A stretch of DNA of 64,000 nucleotides from Tubulanus polymorphus. Taxonomy: Eukaryota; Animalia; Nemertea. Positions 23,063-35,820 of this stretch are shown piece after piece. The notes beneath the pieces are model-generated. The model was not told the origin of the DNA, made no database searches, and saw only the letters and a list, made by a program, of their open reading frames with translations. The stretch spans positions 5,444,275 to 5,508,274 of the forward strand of contig NC_134032.1 in the NCBI RefSeq assembly GCF_964204645.1. The letters are read 5' to 3'. A program made the position numbers and the translations under genes. Position 1 is the first letter of the stretch, and each line of letters begins with the position of its first letter.

Positions 23063-26000
23063 AAAATGAAAATCCAGGAAGAAGGCCACTAAATATTTGG
23101 ATGGATATATGAAAGCTGTGGGTACTGGAGTGTGTAATGGGTAGTGTAGTGTGATCTGTGTGCATTTGTGGCCAGCACACAGATCACATTGTTCATTGGG
23201 GTTTAGTCCAGGACTTCCGAGATTTTCAAAAACACGGAAGTAACTTGTAATAAATGATGACTCGAATTGCATGACTACCTACCACCCCTCATTATTGTAA
23301 AAAAAGTAAACGTTCCGCACTGACTAAAAATTAGTAATAATAATTAATAACATTTTAGAAATGGCCAGAATCTTAACTTAGGTTCTATCTCATTTTTATT
23401 TTACAATTGCGATTGGTATAATTTTTTTTAAACAGCCGTTAAGGCTTCATGTTTCGTCTGCAATTCACTGCAAATAGTTACGCAACTACGCACATTTCAG
23501 TGTTTTTGGCAGCTGTACACTCAATCGGCACCGTTCGTGACTAGCTTCACTGCGGAATTATCATTAATTAACATCGCCATATCAAATCATCAACTTATAT
23601 TGTGCCTTAAAACCCTAACAGCCGAAATAATTTAAATGCACACACGATTTCTATCATTGAAAATTGAGAGAGTGGCCGTGTTTGTGTTCTGCTGCTTCGC
23701 GTTAATCCCGCGCGGTGGCGCAACCGCGCGGAGTGGGGCCGATACGTCCAGATTTAATAAAACAAAATTTAGAATATAATGAATACATTTATCATTTCAA
23801 ACCTATATTTGAATGATCTGGAGATAATATAAATGATAGAGGTGCCAGATATTTAATAAGAGAATTAAAATTTTTAAATGGTGAATATTGTTAACATTTG
23901 AAAGATGATTATTATATTAATATCACTTATAAAAATCAAAATAAAATATTAGCAGAATCAACTTTGAGTTTTTAGAACCATCTAGAATTAAAAGAATAAG
24001 TAATAGTAATGAAATAGAAAATGTTGCCGACACAAATGAATCAAAACAAAAGAGTGTTTAAACGAAGAATTGATAAATTATTTGAAACAATCAATGATAA
24101 TTTAGAAACAGAAACAACTTCTGAACAGAATATAACTTCCAAAACTAGTAAACTTAAATCAAATAAAGTTCCAATTGAAAAACTTTTACCGAATGGATTA
24201 ATTGATGTAACAGATCAACAATTAGAGGATTTAGATATATTTTCTGATAAAGCAATTAGAGAAATTATTAGTATAAGAAGTAAAGCTGATAAATTTGCAC
24301 ATGATAAAAGTATAAGAGATTTTAAAACTAGAACTTTAGAAAAAGATAGAACTGATAAAATTAAAGAAATAGAACAATTAAAATTAGATAGAGATAATAA
24401 AGTTATTGAAGAAAATGAATTTAGAAAAAGAAATGCATATTTAGAAAAAGAAAAAGATGATTTAGAATATAACATAGAACTACAGAAAGAAGAAATTAAA
24501 TTATTATCAAAATCATATGATTATAATATTAATAGATTAAAAGCTATTTTTAAAGATTTGTTGATAAAACCAAATTCTGAAATATCATTAAAAGATAGAA
24601 TAAAACTATTATTTAAATTAGGAGGTATCACAATTCTTTCAATTCTAACAGCTGTAACTATGGTATTCACAACAATAGGTTTAGCCATATCAAATTCACT
24701 GAAATCTACACCTACTCCCAATGAACCGGATAAACCACCTCCAAATAATAATTCAATACAATATATAAAGTTAAGGATGGTTTAAAAAAATTAGCAAAAT
24801 ATCTATGGGAACTATCTAAAAAATCTGCTGCAGCTTTACCCGGAATTATAGCATCAATTGTTAGTTTCATATTGAAATCTGCAGGAAGTATGACTAGTTT
24901 TGCTGTTGAACATATTATTTTATTTTTAATGACAGTTGTAAGTGCAATTATTTTTGGGTTAGTGAATATGATAAAAGAATAAATAAGTAATTTTATTTCT
25001 TAATAAATGAGTGGGAGTTATATAGATCCTTCTAAGAATTCTAGAACATCTAATGCTATTAAAGCAGAGAGATCTCATCATATAATTACTCATAATCCTT
25101 CAAATATTAATCCCGATGAAACTTTATATGTTAGAATCCCTCGATTAACAAAAAATACTTTTTATGTTCCAAATAGTATCTATTTATCAGCTGATATAAA
25201 AGTTACTGGTAATAATAATAATAATGTTGTTGATAATGTTGGAAGATACTTAATCAAAAAATTAACTATAAAGATTGGGCCAAAAACGGTTTTCTCATTA
25301 GATGATTGTAATTTATTTATGCATTATAAAGATTTATGGTTAACAAAAGGAAATAGAAATAATATGATATTTCAAGGTATCCAATCAGAAAACCATAATA
25401 AATTAAGATCTGATGCTAATAGCGCAATATTAACTAATGATGCAGATAAATTAATAAAAAAAGATTTATGGAAGCAAATATAAAATTCCATTAGACTTTG
25501 AATTGATAAATAATAATGCACCTTTATATAAATATGCAATTCAAGAAGTTATCATATTCGAAATAACATTTGCTCCGGTTAATGAAATTGTAATATCTAG
25601 CGTTACTTAATATATGGGTGAAAAATTATCGAATATATGTTTAGAACATGATACAGTAACTGATGAAAATATTGCTAGTATAATTCAAACTCAATACAAT
25701 CAAGGATTTTCATTATTGTATGATTAAATTGAAAAATTTTAAATTGTTACTATTAATGCAAATGATGAAATAATTAATGAGAATATTAACTTCCCAAGGA
25801 GATCTATTAAAGGCGTATTAATATTTTTTACCATTGCAACATATTCTAATGGCGCAATAAATGTTGATAATTATTATAATCCAGAAATATCAAAAGTAGA
25901 AATAACTATCGAAGACATAGCTAATAAAGTATTTTGCCAAGGAAAGAGAATGATAGATCAGTGGCCAGAAATTAGAAAAAAAAAACATTTTATGAATGAA

Positions 26001-28628
26001 GAAATGAAATCATCTGAAGATTGTAATATAAACCAAATTGATTATTATACCGGTAATAAATATGCACTATGGTTAGATTTTAGAACAACAGAGGATAACT
26101 TATTAAATGGTTCTGGGACAAAATTACAAAATACAAAAGAAAAATTTTTCAATATAATCATATTATAATGAAAATCCTTCATGATATTGGGTTTGAATTG
26201 TGCTAGCAATATTTTCATCAGTTACTGTCATATTCTAAACATAAATTCGATAACTTATAACCCATATCTTTGACTACACTTGATAATACAATTTCATTAA
26301 CAGGAGCAAATGTTATCTCGAATATAATATCTTCTTGAATTGCGTATTTATATAAAGGTGCATTATCATTTATCAATTCAAAGTCTAATGGAATTTTATA
26401 TTTGCTTCCATAAATCTTTTTTTATCAAATTATCTGCAGCATTAGTTACTACTGGATTATTAGCTTCTGATCTTAGTTTATTTTGGTTTTCTGATTGGAT
26501 GCCTTGAAATATCATATTCTTTCTATTTTCTTTTGTTAACCATAAATCTTTATAATACATAAATAAATTATAATCTTCTAATGAAGAAACTGTTTCTGTT
26601 CCAATCCTTACAATTAATTTTTTTATTAAATTAATTTCTCCCAACATTATCAACAACATAATTATTATCATGACCAGTTACTTTTATATCAGCTGACAAA
26701 TAAATACTATTTGGAACGTAAAAAGTATTTTGATTTAATCTCGGGATTCTAACATATAAAGTTTCATCAGGATTAATATAAGAAGGATTATGAGTAATTA
26801 TATGATGAGATCTCTCTGCTTAATTACATTAGATATTCTAAAATAATCTTAGAAGGATTTATATAACTCCTACTCATTTATTTAACAAAAAAATTATTTA
26901 TTTATTTTTTATCATATTCACTAACCCAAAAAAATATCACTAACAATTGTAATTAAAAATGAAATAATATGTTCAGGAGCAATGTTAAGAATATTCCCAG
27001 CAGATTTTAAAACAAAACCAACAATTGATGCAATGAGTCCGGGTAAAGCTGCAGCAGATTTTTTAGATAGTTCCCATAGATATTTTGCTAATTTTTTTAA
27101 ACCATCTTTAACTTTATCTTGTATAGAATTATTATGACTTGGAGGGAATTTGAAATAGCTAAACCAATTGTTGTAAATAACATAGTTACAGCTGTTAGAA
27201 TTGAAAGAATTGTTATAACTTTTAGTTTAAATAATACTTTTATTCTATCTTTTAATGATATTTCAGAATTTGGTTTTATCAACAAATCTTTAAAAATAGC
27301 TTTTAATCTATTAATATTATAATCATATGATTTTTTAAATAATTTAAGTTCTTCTTCCAGTAATTCTGTGTTATATTCTAAATCATCTTTTTCTTTTTCT
27401 AAATATGCATTTCTTTTTTTAAATTCGATTTCTTCAATAACATTATTATCTCGATCTAATTTTAATTGTTCTATTTTTTTAATTTTATCAGTTCTATCTT
27501 TTTCTAAAACTCTAATTTAAAATCTCTTATACTTTTTTCGTGCGCAATTTTATCAGATGCAAGTCTTATACTAATAATTTCTAATTGCTTTATCAGAAAA
27601 TATATTTGAATCTTCTAATTCTTGATCCGTTGCATCAAGTAACCCATTTGGTAAAAGTTTTTCAATTGGAACTTTATTTGTTTTGAGTTTACTAGTTTTG
27701 GAAGTTATATTCTTTTCAGAAGTTGTTTCTGTTTCTAAATTATTTTTGATTATTTCAAATAATTCATTAATTCTTTGTTTAAATACTCTTTTATTTTGAT
27801 TTATTTCTGTGTCGGTAACATTTTCTATTTCATTACTATTACTTATTCTTTTAATTCTAGATGATTCTAAATTACTCCAAGTTGATTCTGCTAATATTTT
27901 GTTTTGATCTTTATAAGTGATATTAATATCATAATCATCTTTCAAATGATAGTAATATTGACCATCTAAAGATTTTAATTCTTGTACTAGATATCTGGCA
28001 CCCCTATCATTTATATTATATCTAGATTTTTCAAATATAGGTTTAAAATTATTTATATATTCATTATATTCTAAATTCTGTCTTACTAAATTTGGATTTG
28101 GATTTTCAATATTTATTCTCCGTCCAGCTCTTCTATCAAAATCGCCTGTTGATATTATATTATCATTAAAACCACTATCTGCTAAATTATTATTATATTC
28201 TGGCTCATTACCGTCATTAAAACTTGTTTCATTAAAATCAGGTGGTTGTTCTTCAGTTATGCCGGGTTCATTAAAAGTATCCATTCCAATATCTTCTCCA
28301 CCTTCTAAATCCATTTATATAATAAAAAAATTAAAATTAAAAATAAAATATTCCTCCTATTACAATTCCTATACAAGTAATAGCTAATTCAGTATTTTCA
28401 TGTGATTTATTATCGTTATTACTTTTAATTATTTCATGTTGAATAATATCAGTTTTTATATTTTCTGTAGTATTGTAATCTTTTATTTAGAATCATTGTC
28501 CAATTTAATATTCTTAGTTTTAGTTTCAGTTGATTGAATATGTTTTTTAATTTTTTCACCTTCCATTAGTTTTGGAGCAGTAATAATCTTTTTATTAATA
28601 TCATTTAATCTAAACTTATTATTTATTG

Positions 28629-30285
28629 GTTTCCATAGACAAGTGGCTGTCCAATATCAATAGTAGATAAAACCCACCATGAAAAGAAAAAACTATCTTG
28701 TAGCTTAACGTTTCAACTCAATTCTATGAGCCATCTTCAAAAACTGATTTATTGTACAGTTAGAACAATACAAAATATAGCAACAAGGTAACTAAGTGAT
28801 CCCTATAGCTTTTAGTAAATAGTGAATAAGGAGTTTATTTTGGGGGGAATCACATCTTAAACATAGTGCTGATCTTATGGACAGACTTAAAGATTACCTC
28901 AGGGCTGTAAATTCATTTCGTTTGATGCGAAATCTTTATTTACTAATGTACCTATTGGACCCACTATGGATTTTCTAAAACGGAAATTACCTGATATTTC
29001 TAGCTGTTTAGATATGCCAGTAAATTGTATTTTTGAATTGATTGACTTATGTGTCGGAAGTTCTTTCTTCCAATTTGATGAGACATTTTTCAAACAAATA
29101 TATGGCATGAGTATGGGAAACCCACTTTCACCTATTTTATCCTGCCTTTTCCTTGAACATGTTGAGTCTGAACTGCTCCCACTCTATAATTCTCTATATG
29201 GTATTTTACCACAATTTTGGTTTCGATATGTCGATGACATATTATGCCTTGTAAATGACAATTTTAACATCGATTCCTTCTTACATTATCTCAACTCCCT
29301 ATATCCCAGTTTGAAATTCACATTTGAATTAGAAGTTGATGGAAAAATCCCTTTTCTTGATGTTCTAATCCACAATTGCCAAAACATGTTAAGATTTTCC
29401 GTCTATCGGAAGCCATCTCATGCTGAATCATATCTTCATTTCTTCTCATTTACTGAATTAAATATAAAACTTGGGGTCGCTTCAAATCTGTTATTGAGAG
29501 CCTATAAAACATGTAGTGATGAATTCTTGCAAGATGAAATTAAACATATATTTGAATCTTTGTCTAAATTAGCTTACCCTACACATTTTTTGAATCGTGC
29601 CCATAAGAAAGCTAGATTAAGATTTTTCGGTATTTTCAGAAATAATGAGGCTTCCCGTACCCACAAGTTTGAAAAATGCTTAGTTGTCCCTTATATTCCT
29701 TCCCTTAGTCGGTTTAAAAAACCCTTAGGCGCGTGTGATATTGGAGTAGTTTTCAAATATAATAATAAACTTATCAACAACTTAAGTTCCAATAAACCTA
29801 AAGATAATACTATTGACTGCGGAGTTTATAAAATACCTTGTGGTAAATGTGATAAATTCTATATAGGTGAAACAGGACGCTCATTGAATATACGTAAAAA
29901 AGAACACCAAAAAGACGTCGTAAATGCCAAACCACAGAGTGCTATTTTTTCACACACATTTGAAACTGGCCATATTTTTGACTTCTCCTCTAGCCAGTTG
30001 ATATACCCTTGTTCTGATTTATATAAACGTCGAATCCTTGAGTCAGCTATTATTCTAAAAAACTCTGACTTCACAGTCAATTCCAATTTAGGTTTCTCCC
30101 CCAAAATAAACTCCTTAGTCACTATATACTAACAGCTATAGGGATCACTTAGTTACCTTGTTGCTGTATTTTGTATTGTTCTAACTGTACAATGAATCAG
30201 TTTTTGAAAATGGCTCATAGAATTGAGTTGAAACGTTAAGCTACAAGATAGTTTTTACTTTTTATGGTGGGTTTTATCTATTATC
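28629..30285 (+). mobile_element. Penelope-like element (fourth family) with an inverted 5' pLTR
   Basis: About 28665-28835 is the reverse complement of about 30100-30280. TSD atttattg at 28621-28628 and 30286-30293. Degenerate hammerheads at about 28702-28745 (-) and 30199-30242 (+). Confidence 0.88.
28966..30132 (+). CDS. Penelope RT + GIY-YIG, 5'-truncated
   Basis: GMSMGNPLS, RYVDD, FLDV, GVYKIPCGKCDKFYIGETGR. Confidence 0.92.
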   Translation: MDFLKRKLPDISSCLDMPVNCIFELIDLCVGSSFFQFDETFFKQIYGMSMGNPLSPILSCLFLEHVESELLPLYNSLYGILPQFWFRYVDDILCLVNDNFNIDSFLHYLNSLYPSLKFTFELEVDGKIPFLDVLIHNCQNMLRFSVYRKPSHAESYLHFFSFTELNIKLGVASNLLLRAYKTCSDEFLQDEIKHIFESLSKLAYPTHFLNRAHKKARLRFFGIFRNNEASRTHKFEKCLVVPYIPSLSRFKKPLGACDIGVVFKYNNKLINNLSSNKPKDNTIDCGVYKIPCGKCDKFYIGETGRSLNIRKKEHQKDVVNAKPQSAIFSHTFETGHIFDFSSSQLIYPCSDLYKRRILESAIILKNSDFTVNSNLGFSPKINSLVTIY

Positions 30286-31010
30286 ATTTATTGTTGCAGT
30301 TTGAATTGGATTCTTATAACCAATTATATTTCCCATTTTTAATATTAAATCATTTGAAATAATTAACAAATTAGGGCCTATACGATAATTTAATCGTACA
30401 TGTGATTTATCTAAATAATTTTGATATCTTTCTATGTTTTCTGGAATCGATCTATTTTTATCATTATGAATAGCATCTTCAAATAAAACTTTAAATTGTT
30501 TTTTTATGTATCAAATGATGTATTTAAATTTCCAATTATGGGGGATCTTGTTTCAACTTGAGCGCCTAGTATGCAAAATAAAATAAGTTCTAATTGATTG
30601 ATTTTGTAAAACAGCTTTAGTAAAATTTCACTATTTTCTAAAATAAAATAAACCCAACCATTATTGTTTTCTTGTTTTAAATTATCATAGAATTAATCGG
30701 TAATTGATTGAAATTTAATGTTTCTAAATCCTTAGTTTCTATTTTACTATGACCTCATTTATTATTATAGATATTGTAACTAAAAATTGGCATGGGAAAT
30801 GCACGATATTGTAAAATATTTTCAGGACAAGGAAGTGATCTTATTGTTTCAAGTTTTGTTCTAAAATCAGAATTATTTATATCTATATTAAATTCATTAC
30901 AAATTTTATAAAACTTTGATAAAATAATATTATTATCTAATTCTTTAAAATACCTAGATCCTGGTAAAGGGGTCTCTAATTCATTCAATATCAATCTTAT
31001 TTTAAAATAA

Positions 31011-33579
31011 ATTTAGATCGGACAATATATCTATTCGAACAAAAAACTTAATGTTCCGACAAGAAAATCTTGTTTGAATGAAAACAATTCCGTTTGATTG
31101 AACAATATGCTTTTCGTTCAAATGAAAACTTTTCATCCTTCGGACAAAAAAATTTGTTCGAATAAAAAGTTATTGTTGAAGTGAAAAACTTTTTGTCCCG
31201 ACAAAAAATTTTGTCGAGTGAAAATAATTTTGTTTCGAACAAATGTTTGAATGAAAATAATTCTGTTCGATTGAAAAACTTTTTACACTATACTTGTTCG
31301 AATGGAAAACTTAACATTCTGACAAGAGAATGAAAACGATTCTGTTCGATCGAACAATTGTTTGAACGAAAAACATTTCGTATGGACAAAGAAAGTTTGT
31401 TCGAACGAAAACAACTTTGTCGTAACGATTTTTTTCAAATTGGTTCAAACGAATGAAATAACATTTGTTCGAACGAAAATGTTTTTTGTTTTGACGAAAA
31501 AATTTCGAGCGAAAGGTTTTTTGAAAAAGAAAGATCTTTCTCGGGATCCGCAGTAACGTCATAAGGAATCAATTCTTTATTTTTGCCAATAGAATATCGT
31601 TAATTATTGTGATTGATCATTGGAAGTCAGAACCAGTTAATCACTAATACATGCATTTTAATAAATCTAATTCCTCCTTTATAGTGAACTTAGCTTTAAC
31701 CTAGCTGAGGCTACTAGCCTACGTAGGTCTATGTATATGCGTAGCCCTAACATCCGGACGGATTGGTCTTAGGCCTATTGAAGTTCAATCCTCCTAAACA
31801 TCTTATTCCTACGTATATCTTATTTAACAGGGATAGGTCTCTGGGATATTCAATTCGAAAATCGATTTCATTTTCAGATTATGAAGAAAGAAATGTTTTG
31901 TACAACGCAGCAATGTTGCCGGATTTCTTTTGCAAATTTTGTTTTGGAGTTCAATCCATGAGCCCGTTAATCATCACAACAATTACATGTGTTTGTTTGA
32001 GACAGTAAAGCTTAGTACCGGTAGACCTAAAGGTCACGTACAACTCAATGAACATTTCAATCGACCCGAGGAACGATCTCCTATCCCCCGCGGCGAACAC
32101 TTACTCCGAATATAAGCGTGAGTCCAGCTTACGGGTGAGAGTGTGTCATATACTTGTATTTAGTAAATATCTTGTGTGGATTTGCTGAAGATCGATATGT
32201 ACTGTAGGAAAACTTGAATGAAGCTCGCAGCCGAATCAAGTAATAAATTTTATTTTGATACCTCCTCGACACAACAGCTTTTCTCCGACGGATAATAATA
32301 TGTCCTATACAGGTGTTTAGTAAATATCCCGTGGATTTGGAAAAGCTCGGTATGTACTGTAGGAAAAATAGAATACTGATGCATGGTTAAAGCCCGGGAC
32401 CAAATCAATGTAGTAATAAATTCATTTATTTTGATACCTCGTCAACACAACAGCTTTTCTCTGCTGAATCTGTTCGGCCTGTTTAGTTTAGGCCCAAGCG
32501 ATGTAACAGAAAGTGATGTAATAATCATGCGAATATCAATAGGGTTTTCTGTGAAGAAACAGAAATCCCTAAATATAGCTGCAAAGCAGCGATCACGGGT
32601 TTTCTGCACAGCCTTGTTCGCGTCGAACACTAATGCGTGTATGCTGGCTATGAAAGTGAAGGGAATTTAGAATCCTGTTCAACGGTCAACACGGTTTTAT
32701 AAAATGAAGGTCGATCAACAGTCAATTGGGCTTACTTGTAACCATGGATGATTGGACCAGGTGGTTATTTGACTCTGGAAAATCGATTGTTAGGCCTTAA
32801 TTAGTCTTTTGTCCCGACATAAAGAATTGAGAAAAAACAATTCGAATAAAAACAATTCTGTTTGATCGAACAACATATTTTTTTGTTCGACGGAAAAGCT
32901 TTTCGAATTTTTCAAAAAAAGTTTTGTTGGAACGAAATCAACTTTGTCGACCACATAAAAAATGTCGGTTCGAACGAAAAGATGTTTAAACGAAAAAGAG
33001 ATCTCGTTACACGGGGCTTTGTACTAACATAAGTCACCGGGAATTAATAAAATACAAGTTTCATTAATGATGGAAAACTTCAAATGAAAAACTCTGGTTG
33101 ATAAAGCTAGCCAAGACGAATGCCAACAGTTTTTCAACGGCTATTTTTGCGCATAGGCCCAGCACCCGGACAGAGGAGGCTTAGGCCTATTGCGCTTTAA
33201 ACCTCCTAAACATCGTATTCCTACACCTTTATTTAATAGGGTTAGGTCTCATGGTGTATTCGATTTGAAAAATCAATTTCATTTTCGGATGAAGAAACAA
33301 ATCTTTTGTACTACGTGTCTTAGCAATCTTGCCGGATTTTCTATTGCAAATTTTGTTTGAAGTTCAATCCATGTGTCCATGCATCAATTATTGACCTCAA
33401 TAAACACTTCGAGCGGCCTAGAAACGATCTTCTATCACCCGAGGTATTGGAAATATAGCGTAGTTGGTCCCAGATATCAATCATTATTTTACGATTATTA
33501 TTAATTTCAAAATTATCATCTTTTTCAAGTATCTTCACGCATTTATGATTTAAACATATAATATATTTTTGTTCGTTCT
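31011..33579. repeat. Unclassified repeat: degenerate GTTCGAACGAAAA arrays plus a diverged internal duplication
   Basis: Motif arrays at about 31020-31520 and 32800-33000; about 31770-31965 is duplicated at about 33180-33375. Confidence 0.55.
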
Positions 33580-34029
33580 TGTCATAAACTGGAGACAGCA
33601 TGCCTTTGCTTGCCTGAGCATCGAATTGATAGTGTTTATCACTGTATTAACAATAATTTGACATCTGTTGCTCAGTTGGCAAACTGACTGCCACCTCTCT
33701 GTTTTCACGGGAATTCTAATTAGTGCATTTCTATGTGGACCTTCTACCCCCCGACCTTTGCTAGGACTTGACATGTATCCAATCAGGACAAGGGATTTCT
33801 GGATGGGTCCAAGTCTGGAGTGATCAGGGGACATAAACCGTTTCGGTCCTACTGGTCATTCTCGACTTGGTCGGAAAATAAAGCAGTTCGTCATCGAGAA
33901 ATCATCTTGTGCCTTATACGTGTGTTATTATTTTAGGTCGATATTTTAGGTCGACTTAAGTCCGATATTTTGTAATTTCTAACTTTAAGTCCTAAATTTA
34001 CGTGCTGGATTTGTAAATAGTATGTAAAT

Positions 34030-34590
34030 GTACGATTTAATAGTATTATGATATGAAGATTCGATTAATAGTTGTAACGTTGTTGCGCTGATGCAACATG
34101 TATAGTTACGTTTTAGATGTACGATTTAACAGTTTTACGATATGAAGATTCGATTAATAGTTGTAACGTTGTTGCGCTGATGCAACATATATAGTTACGT
34201 TTAATATGCGAATTGATAGTTGTAACGTTTTTGCGCTGATGCAACATGTATAGTTACGTTTTAGATGTACGATTTAATAGTTTTATGATATGAAGATTCG
34301 ATTAATAGTTGTAACGTTGTTGCGCTGATGCAACATGTATAGTTACGTTTTAGATGTACGATTTAATAATATTATGATATTAAGATACGAGTAATAGTTG
34401 TTACGTTGTTGCCCTGATGCAACAGGTATAGTTACGTTTACGTTTAAGATACGAATTAATAGTTGTAACGTTGTTGCCCTGATGCAACAGGTATAGTTAC
34501 GTTTACGTTTAAGATACGAATTAATAGTTGTAACGTTGTTGCTTGATGGAACATGTATTGTTACGTTTAAGATGTACGGTTTAATATTAT
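34030..34590. repeat. Seven hairpin-forming tandem units (59-89 bp) inside the putative LTR
   Basis: Core tagttgtaacgttgttgcsctgatgcaacakgtatagttacgttt at about 34069, 34158, 34217, 34306, 34395, 34460 and 34525. Confidence 0.88.
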
Positions 34591-34747
34591 TACCGGTATG
34601 ATATTGTATTTTATGAAACGATTCTCGACTTGGTCGCAAAATAAAGCAGTTCATCATCTTGTGCCTTATACCTGTGTTATTTTTTTAGATCGTTCTACGT
34701 GACTAGTTCCCGGCTAACACCACAGACAAATTCAACAGTGTTATAAT

Positions 34748-34757
34748 TGGTGGAGAA
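34748..34757 (+). promoter_or_regulatory. Primer-binding site, probably for tRNA-Ala
   Basis: TGGTGGAGAA is complementary to a tRNA 3' end ...UUCUCCACCA and follows gtgttata (degenerate LTR end). Confidence 0.6.
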
Positions 34758-34787
34758 CCCGCGAGCAAGATCTGACAGGCACTGCAG

Positions 34788-35820
34788 ATGTTAACATCCG
34801 GAAATTACGTATCGGTAATTACGAGAAACAGCAACGAGGCAAGTACATGTACGAGTGGGAGTACGAAAGCAAGTACCAGTGCAGGTCCAAGTACAAGTGC
34901 GAAAACAAGTACAACGAGTGGAACTCACCGGCAATCGTTACCAACATCAATAAATGTAGATCTCATTGAAACGACGTATAAGAAAATGAAAATGTTGAAG
35001 AAATCATTTAGTGGCGCCCCATCGGAGTGCATTAAAGAGCACCTGTCAAAATTTGACGACCAGGTGAGCTTTCAAGGACTCAGTGATGCGCAGGCCCTTA
35101 ACACTCTGAAACTTACCCTGGAGGGATATGCGTATCGTTGCGTAGCAGCCCTACCCGAGGGTGATCGTAAAGACCTAACGAAAGTTCGAGCAGCTCTTAC
35201 GTTTGGCGCACCGGGAAGTGGTGGTTTTGACCACCGAATCCTCACAGTTAGTCAACAACCAGCTGAAGCGGTACGCGAGTACATATTTCGAGTTCAGCAC
35301 CTGCAACAGCAAATGAACACTGATATCAAACTGGCCTTATCCTGCGCTATCCGAGGAGTCAATGAGGGACTTAAATCGGCAGTCGTCTCTAAATCGCCGC
35401 AAACTTGGCCGGACCTACTAGATGCAGTGTCAAATGCCGAGACCTACCTTTCATCATCGCCAGTGGTGAACCAGATCGCTACCGAAACAACAGAAATCAG
35501 CGAATTGCGCAGTGAAGTGCGGGAGTTGAAGAATGTTCCTGAGAGAGATGACTCCACAATTATCAGTCAACGCAGCAAAGCCAAATCCTGAACCAGCAAT
35601 ACACCCGGGTTTCAGACGAGACCGGTTTTCGAATTACTACAACCCAAGCAGGCAAGACCAACAACCACCGAGACAGCGACGACAATACGGCCGGCCCAAG
35701 TAACACAGTATAGTTGTTTGAATTGTGGTAAGTCTGATTGCGTTGGTTATAATTGTACAGCTATGGGTAAAACATGCTTTAAATGTCAGGGTATAGGTCA
35801 CATCAGCCGTTGATGTCCGC
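34788..35820 (+). pseudogene. gag: Gypsy gag
   Basis: Capsid-like region (Q...E.VREY) and a downstream CFKCQGIGH zinc knuckle after a frameshift. Confidence 0.75.

Larger units (their letters stand above)
12086..26140 (+). mobile_element. Decayed Polinton copy F (right arm: pPolB, small ORFs, membrane genes, MCP), with several insertions
   Basis: Fragments at 12404, 13927, 14411, 15638, 16458, 17570, 20470, 24021, 25007 and 25950 are collinear with the 55100-45800 region of the complete copy. Confidence 0.92.
26141..31010 (-). mobile_element. Decayed Polinton copy G (MVDSF gene, 476-aa membrane gene, MCP 5' half), tail-to-tail with copy F
   Basis: ORFs 30755, 27571, 27097 and 26396 match the 49809-46200 region of the complete copy. 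Confidence 0.9.

Noticed and set aside
34030-34590. CRISPR-like array
   Set aside because: The sequences between repeats are related to each other rather than unique spacers, there are no cas genes, and the context is a eukaryotic LTR.
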